DNA of 64,000 nucleotides from Chitinophaga pinensis (GCA_945890895.1 CAMDDG010000006.1:1601-65600), one strand, 5' to 3'; positions 1 through 10,257 are shown, counted from the stretch's first letter. Numbers and translations are program-made. Notes: generated by a model from the sequence alone, not told the origin.

Positions 1-1162
1 CACACGATCATTTTACATGGTATTATTGCCCTTGTTGGTTTTGCTTTTTGTGGGGATATATGTGCGTATCGATTCCTATGGCGTTACCGTGGTTCGATAT
101 TTCTTAGCAGCTCTTGGAGTTTGGTTGTTGTTCATTTCATTGTATATGACCATCAGTCAGAAGAAGCGACTGTGGATCATCCCAGCCAGTTTAGGAGCCA
201 TGGCTTTTGTGGTGTTGTATATACCCTATTTGAATGCTTATTCTGTGGCTGAACGATCTCAAACCAAACGTTTGCATAACTATTTGGCTGCACAAGGGAT
301 GTATAAAGACGGAAAATTACAACCCTCTAAAACGGTTTTAACAGACTCTGTTTCTGGAAATGCTTTCAGTATTGTTGAGTATTTAACCAATTTTCATTTT
401 AAAACGGGGTTGGAACCTGTTATTAAAATGGAATTTGAACGAAATAAGCAAAATGAACAAATTTTAAATGAATTGGGTGTTTCAGATTACCAAAATTTGA
501 AAAGCGATTCATTGAATTCAGAATATAAAAAGAAGTATTTGTCAGAATGGGAATCGTCTCAAATATTGAATTACCAATTGAAGCAATACGGAATAGAATA
601 CCACTACTTAAGAGGAAATAATAATGAAGATGCTGAAAATACCGTCACAGATACGGTTACCGCAACGCCTGCGATTGAAGCTTTAGAGAGAATTTATCCT
701 GTGTTAAAATCCGATAAGTTCAATCAAATTGTTTTACCAAGTAATGGGGGAGTTGAGGCCACTTATTTATTAAACTATACCGCGCTATTTAATAGTCAAG
801 TCATTGATAAAAAACTCAAATTGGGTTATCAAACCAATACAAATCACCCGGAATTAACGGTTGTTTATCAAGGTAAAAAGGTGGTCTTCAAAATCCATGA
901 ACACTTTGAAAAAATTATGCCGACACTGGTTGTGGGCTCAAAACTGAATATTTCGAGCCAAACATACAGTATTTCTCACGAATTAATGACTATGACACAA
1001 GGAAACGTTCAACTTCAATTTTTCAGTGTACCGTTTGAAGTAAATTCGACTCAAGACAAAAAAGTGGCCAGTTGGCAATTTGATCAAAGTTTTGGCTCTA
1101 ACGAATTGAATTCGCGCGATGCCATAAATGGGGTGAGTTTTGCTATTTTGATACTCAAATAA
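1..1162 (+). CDS. DUF4153-like membrane protein, C-terminal part (5' end lies outside the window)
   Basis: ORF track gives 17..1162. Hydrophobic segment with RIDSYGVTVVRY and NAYSVAERSQTKRL resembles the DUF4153 family C-terminal membrane region. Confidence 0.6.
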   Translation, partial: TRSFYMVLLPLLVLLFVGIYVRIDSYGVTVVRYFLAALGVWLLFISLYMTISQKKRLWIIPASLGAMAFVVLYIPYLNAYSVAERSQTKRLHNYLAAQGMYKDGKLQPSKTVLTDSVSGNAFSIVEYLTNFHFKTGLEPVIKMEFERNKQNEQILNELGVSDYQNLKSDSLNSEYKKKYLSEWESSQILNYQLKQYGIEYHYLRGNNNEDAENTVTDTVTATPAIEALERIYPVLKSDKFNQIVLPSNGGVEATYLLNYTALFNSQVIDKKLKLGYQTNTNHPELTVVYQGKKVVFKIHEHFEKIMPTLVVGSKLNISSQTYSISHELMTMTQGNVQLQFFSVPFEVNSTQDKKVASWQFDQSFGSNELNSRDAINGVSFAILILK

Positions 1163-1246
1163 GTATTTCAAATAGTATCTTTATACGTGCATTCAAAACA
1201 AATGCATTTCGTTAATTATAATCGTATAAATTACTCAACCCACTAT

Positions 1247-2029
1247 TTACTTGTTTCGCTCTTGTTGTTTGGACACCGCATAAAGTTCTTCCATTTCAGC
1301 CAAGGTCATGTCTTTTAATGATTTACCCATGTCTTCTGCTTGGGCTTCCATCGATTGGAATCGACTCTTGAACTTAATGTTGCAACGCTCTAATGCCGTG
1401 TCGGGATTGATTCCACGCAAGCGGGCATAATTAATCAATGAAAACAAATAATCGCCAAATTCTTCCTCTTGGTGTTCGGGAGTTTTCGCCTCTTTGAATT
1501 CCTGCCATTCTTCTTCTACTTTTTCGTAAGCCAGTTCTGCATCGTCCCAATCAAAACCCACTTGGCTGGCCTTTTCCTGCATTCTATATGCTTTTACTAT
1601 GCTGTTCAATCCTTTGGGAACGCCATCCAATACGCCATTTTTCTTTTTGCCTTTCTCCTGGAGTTTAATCTGCTCCCAATTTTGAAGTACCGTTTCAGTA
1701 TTGTCAGCTTTCACATCACCATAAATATGAGGATGACGACGTATCAATTTTTCAATCAGCGTTTTACACACTTCACCGACATCAAAGTACTCCTTTTCGC
1801 TGGCTATCTTCGAGTAAAACACGATATGCAACATTAAATCACCGAGTTCTTTTTTCACCTCATCTACATCCCCCGACATAATTGCATCCGACAATTCATG
1901 CACTTCTTCAATGCTTAGGGTACGGATACTTTCCCATGTTTGTTCTTTATCCCAGGGACATTGGGCTCTCAAATCGTTCATCACATCCAGCAGTTGTGAA
2001 AACTGTTCCAATATTTCTTCTCTATTCAT
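1247..2029 (-). CDS. mazG: nucleoside triphosphate pyrophosphohydrolase MazG
   Basis: CPWDKEQTWESIR, EELGDL-type motif (KKELGDLM), KLIRRHPHIYG, tandem MazG domains, GFDW. Confidence 0.96.
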   Translation of the reverse strand: MNREEILEQFSQLLDVMNDLRAQCPWDKEQTWESIRTLSIEEVHELSDAIMSGDVDEVKKELGDLMLHIVFYSKIASEKEYFDVGEVCKTLIEKLIRRHPHIYGDVKADNTETVLQNWEQIKLQEKGKKKNGVLDGVPKGLNSIVKAYRMQEKASQVGFDWDDAELAYEKVEEEWQEFKEAKTPEHQEEEFGDYLFSLINYARLRGINPDTALERCNIKFKSRFQSMEAQAEDMGKSLKDMTLAEMEELYAVSKQQERNK

Positions 2030-2163
2030 GGTGAATGGGTTGTAAATGGTTGTATTTTAATTTAATAGGTATTTGAATGTATTCGAGTTGGATTTTCGGG
2101 GGATGTTAATTCTATTCGAGGTAATTATGATTTTTAGGGTATTTTGAACCGACAACTGTAGAG

Positions 2164-2171
2164 CAAATTTA
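2164..2171 (-). promoter_or_regulatory. Bacteroidota -7 promoter element (TAAATTTG) upstream of mazG
   Basis: CAAATTTA on + strand matches the TAnnTTTG consensus on - strand, about 135 nt upstream of the mazG ATG. Confidence 0.5.
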
Positions 2172-2233
2172 CTGTTGTAATGCGAAGTTAATTACCAAAA
2201 AAATGAAAAAAGTTAAACCAGAAGTTTATGGGT

Positions 2234-3409
2234 TTAAAACTCCAACATTAGATCCATGAGTGCCAAATTAGTCATGGCTTCTACAATTGGAACTGCCCTG
2301 GGCAACACGCAAGGATCATGTCGACCAGATGCACTGAACGAAATTTCCTCGAATAAGGAATTTAGGGTGTTTTGATCCTTTTTTATGGTGGAGGTAGGTT
2401 TGAATGCTACTTCGAAATACAAGTAGCTGCCGGTTGAAATTCCGCCAATGATTCCGCCCGCATGATTGGTACGAGTACCAATGGATCCGTCGGATTGTAT
2501 GCACCACTCATCGTTATTTTCAGCACCATTATTCAAAACAGCAGTAAAACCATCCCCAAAAGAAACCCCTTTTACCGCGTTGATATTCAATAGATAATGT
2601 CCTAAAACTGCTTGTAATTTTCCGAAAACGGGTTCGCCAATTCCCATAGGTACGTTTTCCACTACGCAAGCAATAATTCCGCCCAAACTATTTCCTGAAT
2701 TTCGGGCTTCTTCAATGGCCGACATCATCTCAACTTGTTGAGGAAAGGGACATCGAATCGGGGAAGCTTCTATGTTTTCAGGGGTAGGGAAGTGGGAATA
2801 TGGGTGTGTCGCTTGAGTTTTTGGATTCGAAGATGTAACATTCAATTCAGTGTTTATTGTAGATTCCATCGCCGAATCAGACTTACCAACGATTGAGTGA
2901 ATTTGTTTCACCCAAGCTCGGGTGTGAATTTTACTGCCCTTTAATGCTGGATGTTGCTTTGCTGACCTTGATTTCAGCCATTGCTGTGCTAATGCACCGG
3001 CAGCTACCCAACCAGCTGTGATTCGTGCGCTGGAACGTCCGCCTCCGCGATGATCACGGTGACCGTATTTAATTTGATACAATAAATCTGCATGTCCGGG
3101 ACGAAAAACTTCCTTTAAATGGTCGTAATCTTCTGGACGGGCATCTGTATTGGGAATGAGAATCGTTATGGGAGCACCGGTGGATTTATTTTCATACAAT
3201 CCAGAGATGATTTGAAATTCATCTTTTTCTTTTCTGGGGGATGTAAATGCGTTTTGACCCGGTTTTCTGCGGTTTAATTGTTGCTGAAGTTCGGTGTGGT
3301 TGATTCTGAAATTAGATGGAAAACCATCGATAACGACGCCCACAAAGGGACCATGACTTTCACCGAATGAAGTTATAACCAGGTTCTTTCCAATGCTATT
3401 TCGACTCAT
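2234..3409 (-). CDS. aroC: chorismate synthase
   Basis: FGESHG, RPGHAD, RGGGRSSARIT, FKPTSTI, GRHDPCVLPRAVPIVEAM signatures. Confidence 0.97.
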   Translation of the reverse strand: MSRNSIGKNLVITSFGESHGPFVGVVIDGFPSNFRINHTELQQQLNRRKPGQNAFTSPRKEKDEFQIISGLYENKSTGAPITILIPNTDARPEDYDHLKEVFRPGHADLLYQIKYGHRDHRGGGRSSARITAGWVAAGALAQQWLKSRSAKQHPALKGSKIHTRAWVKQIHSIVGKSDSAMESTINTELNVTSSNPKTQATHPYSHFPTPENIEASPIRCPFPQQVEMMSAIEEARNSGNSLGGIIACVVENVPMGIGEPVFGKLQAVLGHYLLNINAVKGVSFGDGFTAVLNNGAENNDEWCIQSDGSIGTRTNHAGGIIGGISTGSYLYFEVAFKPTSTIKKDQNTLNSLFEEISFSASGRHDPCVLPRAVPIVEAMTNLALMDLMLEF

Positions 3410-3429
3410 AGGATTTCAAAGTTACTTTT

Positions 3430-4980
3430 TTAACTACCCAATTTTTGAAATTCTTTCCAAAATTGGGGGAAGGATTTTTCCACGCAATCAACATCATCCA
3501 CCCATTGTGAAAATTCCTCTAGTTTATGGGTAGAATTATTTGTAAATCCAACTGTGAAGTTGGTTATTGAAGCAAATGTCATTGCCATTCTGTGATCTGA
3601 ACACGTACGGAAAGGCAAGTTCGGTAGATTTAAATCCGATTGAAACGAATTCAATTGGGTTGGCATCGAATTTAAGAAATAGTTATTGGGCCATTGACTG
3701 TCTTGAATCAATTGAAATCCAAAACGGGTTAAATTCTCGTTCAATACAGCTATTCGATTTGATTCTTTATAGATCAGATTATGAATGTTTCTTAAATAAG
3801 CTGATTTTTTCAAAATAACCAGTGCTGCTACTAACGATGGCACCGTGTCCGGGATATCTCCAAGGTCCCAATCGAAATCAAATTTATCGGTTTGAGTTGT
3901 TGGGTGGTTGGAGTTCTCGTGCAGGATTTCGGGAAAAGGAACTTCAGCTTCTTTGTTTTCGAATGCGCTTTGAAGATTTTTGGATTGGTTAGGATTGTTT
4001 AAGTTTGAATTTCTTCGTACCAACAGTTGATCCATTTTGAATTCGAATTCTAAACCCAATTCTTCATAGAACGAAATCATTTTCCGATCGCCTTGATACG
4101 AATCCATTCTCAAATATTTAAATGAAATTTCCGAATTTGAATCTTGAACCAGCATTTGATTTAAGAAATAACTCAAAGAACTCCAATCTGCTTCTACCGT
4201 ATATTCTTGTTTACCGTTATAATCTCCAGAAATAAATATCGTTTGATCGCGGAATTCAATCTGATACCCAAAATCACGCATCACAGATGCCGTCATTTTT
4301 ATGTATGAGTCGGAATGCGAATGTCCCAATAGCTCAATTTCAACGCAATAATTTTGTGTTTGACTGGAATCGTGGCAATTTAATTCTGTTGAAAAAATGG
4401 AATCAGAATTTGGAATCCTGTTTTCATGGACGGAATTAGAAATCGCATTGTTTTTTAATCTACTCATCAAGCTACAGCTAATCAACATGATAGCACTTAC
4501 AAATTGGCTCGAAATGCTACGATTTATCGCAAATTTTAATCGATTCGTCGCAATGTTATTATAATTTTCTCTAGGCAACAGTTGAACTGGGAAAAATCCA
4601 TATTGGTTTACGTACTGAATTTTACATCCCCCGAAAGAGAGAACATCCACCAACGATTCAATGCTTCGGTTTTGCAAGCTTTCATTGCCGGTTATGATAC
4701 ACGGTTTACCTAAAACAGCACACAGAGTCAGGAAAAAGCGGGAAGGGGTGCCGGCATCTAAAAAATCGAATGTCGGAATAACTTCTTTGGTATCCGATTC
4801 TTCATTGGAATCCGATTCAAGTTGACGTAATGCGTTTAAGAGCAACTGCGTGTCTCTGGAATCGGATAAACCGTAAATATTTTTGAAAGGTGCACCATGA
4901 AGGTACGCTAGAATCAAAGCGCGATTGGAGATGCTCTTGGAGCCAGGTAAATGAATTTCTTTGGCGTTGTTACGCGTCAT
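3430..4980 (-). CDS. aroA: 3-phosphoshikimate 1-carboxyvinyltransferase (EPSP synthase), lengthened by internal insertions
   Basis: LPGSKSISNRALIL, AGTPSRF, SSQFVSA, EADWSS, KESNRI, SDHRMAM, VEKSFPQFW. Confidence 0.93.
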   Translation of the reverse strand: MTRNNAKEIHLPGSKSISNRALILAYLHGAPFKNIYGLSDSRDTQLLLNALRQLESDSNEESDTKEVIPTFDFLDAGTPSRFFLTLCAVLGKPCIITGNESLQNRSIESLVDVLSFGGCKIQYVNQYGFFPVQLLPRENYNNIATNRLKFAINRSISSQFVSAIMLISCSLMSRLKNNAISNSVHENRIPNSDSIFSTELNCHDSSQTQNYCVEIELLGHSHSDSYIKMTASVMRDFGYQIEFRDQTIFISGDYNGKQEYTVEADWSSLSYFLNQMLVQDSNSEISFKYLRMDSYQGDRKMISFYEELGLEFEFKMDQLLVRRNSNLNNPNQSKNLQSAFENKEAEVPFPEILHENSNHPTTQTDKFDFDWDLGDIPDTVPSLVAALVILKKSAYLRNIHNLIYKESNRIAVLNENLTRFGFQLIQDSQWPNNYFLNSMPTQLNSFQSDLNLPNLPFRTCSDHRMAMTFASITNFTVGFTNNSTHKLEEFSQWVDDVDCVEKSFPQFWKEFQKLGS

Positions 4981-6031
4981 TTTCAGCTTCGAGTTCTTTA
5001 AGAACTGCGTGTTTCATAGCGAAATTACGCATTTCTTCTTCGGAAACTTCTATATTGTAATGACAATCTCCAATATTTTTAGCCAATGTAAATTGAATTT
5101 TACCGTGTGCATTCTTTTTATCGTGCATCAATAAACTCACTAATTGACTGGCTTCCTCTTCATCCCAAGAAATTTTTGGAAATAAAGGAAAAATTCGTTC
5201 TTCAATGATTTTTAAGGTTTCGAGGGATGTGAATCCCATTTCAACACCCATTACTGCTTCCCAATATATCCCGTTTGCAACAGAAATACCGTGAGTCATT
5301 TCTGGATCCTCGAAATAGATGGCCTCCAGTCCATGTCCGATGGTATGGCCTAAATTGAGAAGCTTGCGTTTTCCTTTTTCACGAAAATCGTCAGATACTA
5401 CATCTTGTTTAAAGGAAACATTTTCGCGAATAATTTCCATCCAGTTTTGAGTTTCTTCAATTGGAGGAATACCATCTTGCGTTTTATGCCAGATGTTGCC
5501 ACCTTGAATAATTCCATGTTTTAATATTTCCGCCCAACCGGATAAAATTTCTCTGTGAGTAAGGGATTTTAGAAAATCAATGTTTCTGAGAATTTTTGTG
5601 GGTTGCGTGAAAGTACCAATGATATTCTTGGTTCCGTAGAAATTGATTCCGGTTTTACCCCCTTCGGATCCATCTACCATAGATAACAGGGTAGTAGGAA
5701 TATAAATACAAGGAATACCTCGCATGTATACCGAGGCTGCGAAACCCCCAAAATCCAAAACGGCACCACCGCCAAGTGCAATAACAACCGAATTGCGATT
5801 TACATCATTGCGAATCATTGCTTCCCAAAAGTCTTCACAAAAACCCAAGGTTTTTGCTTCATCTCCATCGGGAATTTCGTAAATGATATTATCAATGTTC
5901 TTATAAATTTCCAAAATAGGAAGACACAAAGCGCGAGAGGTAGTGGAAACTACCAACACGATTTTGTCGGGAGAGTTTAACGAGATCCAATCTCCTAACC
6001 TCTGGTCGATGGTGTCGGTAAATACAATCAT
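4970..6031 (-). CDS. aroB: 3-dehydroquinate synthase
   Basis: ALGGGAVLDFGGF, PTTLLSMVD, GGKTGIN, LNLGHTIGHGLE, HDKKN. Confidence 0.96.
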   Translation of the reverse strand: MIVFTDTIDQRLGDWISLNSPDKIVLVVSTTSRALCLPILEIYKNIDNIIYEIPDGDEAKTLGFCEDFWEAMIRNDVNRNSVVIALGGGAVLDFGGFAASVYMRGIPCIYIPTTLLSMVDGSEGGKTGINFYGTKNIIGTFTQPTKILRNIDFLKSLTHREILSGWAEILKHGIIQGGNIWHKTQDGIPPIEETQNWMEIIRENVSFKQDVVSDDFREKGKRKLLNLGHTIGHGLEAIYFEDPEMTHGISVANGIYWEAVMGVEMGFTSLETLKIIEERIFPLFPKISWDEEEASQLVSLLMHDKKNAHGKIQFTLAKNIGDCHYNIEVSEEEMRNFAMKHAVLKELEAENDA

Positions 6032-6939
6032 TCTTTAATTTTTTCGTAACGTTTACTGTTTGTGGGGTCTAAATCATTCAGTAATCGGGTGATGATCGTC
6101 TTTTCCGCAGTAGTTCCTCCCTTATAGATCTCAACCAATTCTGGCCATTTAGTAGTAAAGAACAATTTTTGAAGCAAACTGTTTCGATTGCTTTGATTTG
6201 TTTCTGAAAGTTTTTGTAGGGATTCAGTAATTATCTTTCTTCCTTTCTCCGGATTTTCGTAAAATATATCCAAACCTTTACGATGGTATTCATACGTTAA
6301 CACGCGAAAATCCTTGAATCTGGGACTGTTTAAATTTTCAGCTAAATAAAAGCGATTTCGCATTCCTTTTCCATCGCTTTGATTCCAACCCGGCTTATTG
6401 GTCATTAAATTGACAATAGTCTGAGCTTTAGCAAAATATAAATTACCTCCTAATTCCGAAAAACTATCGAAATCCCATCCCAAAGACACATATACATAAT
6501 ATGCCAAAAGCGTGGTCAAGTCGTTTAAATTCAAATTTTCTTGATAATCTAAATTGTCAAACTCTCTGTAATTGAAGGCCACATCTTCGTCATTGAATTG
6601 TAAAATGGTGCTTTTATATGTGGAATTGAAGATCGGTCGGGTTACTTGAAGTTGAACGGTCCCTACGATGTCGTTGTTTTCGGAAATAGAATTGACTTCA
6701 AAAAATAGAGAAATTTCCAACCGTTCTGAGACTTCTACCTTTTCTTCCGTCCATTTTCGATTGTTAATGAACTGCTGAATACTTTGCTCTAATGTAGTAA
6801 GTATTTGTTTATTAGCCAATTGGACACGAGGTGCAACCACTTGAACCTGTGCTTTAATTTCTTGAGCATGTAATTGTATTGGGCTTATTGCAGCCGCAAT
6901 TAAACTTCCAATAAGGAAAATGGTGGATCGAAGCGACAT
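6028..6939 (-). CDS. DUF4835 family exported protein (T9SS-associated PorD-like)
   Basis: Signal peptide then AQE...FINNRKWT, RPIFNSTY, LAYYVY, YEYHRKGLD. Located downstream of coaBC as is usual in Bacteroidota. Confidence 0.8.
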   Translation of the reverse strand: MSLRSTIFLIGSLIAAAISPIQLHAQEIKAQVQVVAPRVQLANKQILTTLEQSIQQFINNRKWTEEKVEVSERLEISLFFEVNSISENNDIVGTVQLQVTRPIFNSTYKSTILQFNDEDVAFNYREFDNLDYQENLNLNDLTTLLAYYVYVSLGWDFDSFSELGGNLYFAKAQTIVNLMTNKPGWNQSDGKGMRNRFYLAENLNSPRFKDFRVLTYEYHRKGLDIFYENPEKGRKIITESLQKLSETNQSNRNSLLQKLFFTTKWPELVEIYKGGTTAEKTIITRLLNDLDPTNSKRYEKIKE

Positions 6940-6992
6940 AAAAAATAAATAGCTTCCGTGAATTTAATGAAATGATTGATTGTAACAAAAAA

Positions 6993-8192
6993 TTAATCAA
7001 AAATCCATTGATTCAATGTTTCTACTATCAAATGTGCAATATCCGATTTCGAGGCAATCTCAGATTCTTTTTGCCTTCCATCTTTATGGATAATGTGAAT
7101 TTTATTGGTGGGCGTTTTGAATCCGCTGTGTTCGGAAACAAGATTTAAAATCACGGCATCCAACTGTTTTTTTTCTAATTTTTCAACAGCATTTTGTAAG
7201 CCGTTATTGGTTTCGAGTGCAAATCCAACGGTTTTTTGATGAGGCTGCTTAGACAATGAAAGTGACTTCAAAATGTCCATGTTCTTCACCAAATTCAGCG
7301 TTAAATGTTCTTCAGATTTTTTTATTTTTTCGGGGGATGTCTGTTCAACTCGATAATCAGCAACCGCGGCAGACATGATCAACATATCACTACCAATAAA
7401 TGCGTTTTGGGTTTTTTCAAACATTTCTTGAGCTGAAATTACCCGAGTTGTTTTTATATGACTTGGAATTTCTAAATGAGATGGACCCATAATTAAATGG
7501 ACCTCGGCTCCCCAATCAGAAAGTACATGTGCAATTTCTAAACCCATTTGACCCGTAGAATGATTTCCAATAAATCGTACCGGGTCAATGGCCTCATACG
7601 TGGGACCTGCGGTTACTACCACCTTTTTACCGATAAATTGAGAGTTTTTTGGAGTAAAATGATCTTTCAGTACCGTAAATATGGTTTCTGGTTCTGCCAT
7701 TCTACCTTTCCCAGATAATCCTGAAGCTAAGGGACCATTTTCTGCATCGATGATGGAAACTCCGCGTTCGATTAATGTTTTTAGATTCGTTTGAACAGAC
7801 TCCTGCTGAAACATATCCAAATCCATTGCCGGTGCAATCCAAACAGGACAGCGAGCTGATAGGTAAGTAGTTAGTAGGAGATTATCGCATTGTCCGGATA
7901 CCATTTTAGCGATGGTATTAGAACCACAAGGTGCAATAACGAGGGCATCGGCCCAAAGTCCAAGTTGCACATGATGATTCCATTGTCCAGATTCTGGATC
8001 GAAGAAATCAACCAGGGTAGGTTCTTCGGATAAAACTGAAAGTGTTTGTTGTGTAACGAATTGAAGTGCGGCGGGAGTACAAATAACTTTTACGTTTGCT
8101 TTTTGAAGTTTAAGCAAACGGACTAACAGGGGTATTTTGTATGCCGCAATACCCCCGGTAATTCCGATTAATATGTTTTTATTTTGAAGCAT
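6993..8192 (-). CDS. coaBC: phosphopantothenoylcysteine decarboxylase / phosphopantothenate--cysteine ligase
   Basis: GITGGIAAYK, APAMDLDM, GKGRMAEP, TAGPTYEAIDPVRFIGNHSTGQMG, AAVADY, VGFALET. Confidence 0.97.
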   Translation of the reverse strand: MLQNKNILIGITGGIAAYKIPLLVRLLKLQKANVKVICTPAALQFVTQQTLSVLSEEPTLVDFFDPESGQWNHHVQLGLWADALVIAPCGSNTIAKMVSGQCDNLLLTTYLSARCPVWIAPAMDLDMFQQESVQTNLKTLIERGVSIIDAENGPLASGLSGKGRMAEPETIFTVLKDHFTPKNSQFIGKKVVVTAGPTYEAIDPVRFIGNHSTGQMGLEIAHVLSDWGAEVHLIMGPSHLEIPSHIKTTRVISAQEMFEKTQNAFIGSDMLIMSAAVADYRVEQTSPEKIKKSEEHLTLNLVKNMDILKSLSLSKQPHQKTVGFALETNNGLQNAVEKLEKKQLDAVILNLVSEHSGFKTPTNKIHIIHKDGRQKESEIASKSDIAHLIVETLNQWIFD

Positions 8193-8505
8193 TGTCCGAA
8201 TCGGGCAATCTCCAGTAGGTTTTGTTTTCGATGAACTCTTGAGTAGCCAAAATAGTTGGTTTAGGCATTCTCTCGTACATCAATGAAATCTCAATTTGCT
8301 CGCGATTTTCTTGAATTTCTTCTAAATTATCGCTGTCGTGAGCAAATGGTTCTAAACGATTTTTAAGTTCTTCCTTTTGCTTCTCTGCGATTTGGTCTGC
8401 ACGACGAGAAATGATAGAAGTAGTAAGATACACATTATGTGTTTCGTGTTCCATCAAACGTAAATCGCGGGTTTCTGCGTTGGTTTTACTTTTAATATGA
8501 CTCAT
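8179..8505 (-). CDS. rpoZ: DNA-directed RNA polymerase subunit omega (Bacteroidota type)
   Basis: LEEIQENREQIEISLMYERMPKP; conserved bamD-rpoZ-coaBC order. Confidence 0.88.
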   Translation of the reverse strand: MSHIKSKTNAETRDLRLMEHETHNVYLTTSIISRRADQIAEKQKEELKNRLEPFAHDSDNLEEIQENREQIEISLMYERMPKPTILATQEFIENKTYWRLPDSDNASK

Positions 8506-9311
8506 AGGATTTCTTTTAATTTTTTAATTTCGGTTTCACTGTTGGTTTTAAGTTCAAGGGCTTCAGCATAGTGTTTGCTTGTAGCATCGTTGTTGTAGCG
8601 ATAATCATCGAACAAAATAAGTACTTCTTCCAATCGAGCAATTCGCTTGGATTCAATGCTTTTCATGGCATATTGATACTGCGCTTTAACGGCCAGAAAT
8701 TCCAATTCTTCTCTTTGGGGAATATCCGGGTACAATTTAATGGTGGTTTTAGTAGCTGTAACCGTGGATTTGAATTCACCCATTTTATAGTACTGTATGG
8801 CAATTTCGTATTCTTTCTTTTGCAGTTTACCCCGCATTTCGTCAATCAATGCATTGCATTTTTCCGTGTATTCAGAGTCGGGATAATAATTAACAAAAGT
8901 TTGCATGGCTTCCATAACATTGCGCGTATCGGATTGATCCAAATCATGATCTCCAATCAACATGTAATCACAATAAATGGCCATGTATGAGCATTCAATA
9001 ACCCGATCGTTATTGGTAAAATTATCGGTGTAGTCTTTAAAAAACAAGGAAGCGTAAGAGTAATCCTTTAAATGATAATAACTCATTGCAATATGATAGT
9101 ACACGTTTTCAAGACTATCGGTGCGGCGGTAAATGTCGCGCAATTGCTCAAATAATTGCACGGCACGCGAGTAATCTTTCTCTTTGTACTTCTTCATGGC
9201 CATGGTGTATTTTGCCGAACTGTCTTTCGACTTATACACTTTATGGTATTCCCCGCAGGAAACCATCCCCAGAAAGAAAAACAATACTACGAAGACTCGA
9301 TTTATACGCAT
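8502..9311 (-). CDS. bamD: outer membrane protein assembly factor BamD (lipoprotein)
   Basis: Lipobox MVSC, TPR helices, LDQSDT, FVNYYPDSEY, YYKMG. Start may be 9311 or 9320. Confidence 0.9.
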   Translation of the reverse strand: MRINRVFVVLFFFLGMVSCGEYHKVYKSKDSSAKYTMAMKKYKEKDYSRAVQLFEQLRDIYRRTDSLENVYYHIAMSYYHLKDYSYASLFFKDYTDNFTNNDRVIECSYMAIYCDYMLIGDHDLDQSDTRNVMEAMQTFVNYYPDSEYTEKCNALIDEMRGKLQKKEYEIAIQYYKMGEFKSTVTATKTTIKLYPDIPQREELEFLAVKAQYQYAMKSIESKRIARLEEVLILFDDYRYNNDATSKHYAEALELKTNSETEIKKLKEIL

Positions 9312-9328
9312 TTTATGCAATTAACCCG

Positions 9329-9401
9329 CAAATATAACGAAATATAAGGTAATTATCGAGACGTATTTAGTGAATTATTCATAATTTTCGACGTAAATTT
9401 G
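9329..9401. promoter_or_regulatory. Divergent -7 promoter elements for bamD (TATATTTG on -, 9329-9336) and transketolase N (TAAATTTG on +, 9394-9401)
   Basis: Both match TAnnTTTG and lie just upstream of the respective starts. Confidence 0.6.
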
Positions 9402-9408
9402 TGGCTTT

Positions 9409-10257
9409 ATGAGCAATTTATCCAATCTACCAGAAATCGCTACACAGATTCGCCGCGATATTCTTCGAATGGTACACGCCGTAAACAGTGGTCACCCCGG
9501 TGGTTCTTTGGGCTGCGCTGATTACTTAACAGCATTGTATTTTCACTACATGAAACACAATCCTGAGGCGTTTGAAATTTCCGGAAACGAACAAGATATT
9601 TTTGTATTAAGTAACGGTCATATTTCGCCTGTTTACTATTCGGCGTTAGCTCGTAGTGGCTATTTCCCCGTGTCAGAATTGGCAACCTTCCGCAAATTAA
9701 ATACTCGTTTACAAGGACATCCAACTACGCATGAAGGTTTGCCTGGTGTGCGAGTGGCTACCGGTTCTTTGGGACAAGGATTAAGCGTTGCAGTGGGTTT
9801 TGCACTTCAAAAAAAGTTGGATAACGATTCTTCTACAGTTTGGACTTTAACCGGTGATGGAGAATTGCAGGAAGGTCAGATTTGGGAAGCCGTGATGTTC
9901 GCTGCTCATCGAAAGGTCGATAATCTAATCGTGGCGGTTGATTTCAACCAAAAACAAATCGACGGTACTACGGGCGATGTTATGGGTATTACCGAACTTA
10001 GTAGCAAATTCCAAGCTTTTGGCTGGACGGTTTTAGAAATGGATGGAAATGATTGGGATAATATTCATCAGGTAATTCCTCAAGCCCAATCGCAATTAGG
10101 ACAAGGTAAACCGATCGTTATTATCATGAAAACCGAAATGGGTCAAGGTGTTGACTTTATGATGGGCACCCATGCTTGGCATGGAAAAGCGCCTAACGAT
10201 GAACAATTAGAAAAAGCATTGAATCAATTGCCGGTAACTACTTTGGGTGATTATTAA
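9409..10257 (+). CDS. transketolase, N-terminal (TPP-binding) subunit
   Basis: SGHPGGSLG, LSNGH, LQGHP, GSLGQGLS, GDGELQEGQIWEA, WHGKAP. Confidence 0.95.
   Translation: MSNLSNLPEIATQIRRDILRMVHAVNSGHPGGSLGCADYLTALYFHYMKHNPEAFEISGNEQDIFVLSNGHISPVYYSALARSGYFPVSELATFRKLNTRLQGHPTTHEGLPGVRVATGSLGQGLSVAVGFALQKKLDNDSSTVWTLTGDGELQEGQIWEAVMFAAHRKVDNLIVAVDFNQKQIDGTTGDVMGITELSSKFQAFGWTVLEMDGNDWDNIHQVIPQAQSQLGQGKPIVIIMKTEMGQGVDFMMGTHAWHGKAPNDEQLEKALNQLPVTTLGDY

Noticed and set aside
1247-2029. MazG as a defence or TA component
   Set aside because: Standard tandem-domain housekeeping MazG with no mazEF or defence genes nearby.
3430-4980. Inteins or a shared mobile element as source of the AroA/AroC insertions
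   Set aside because: Inserts are short, lack Cys/Ser...His-Asn splice ends, and show no mutual sequence similarity by eye.
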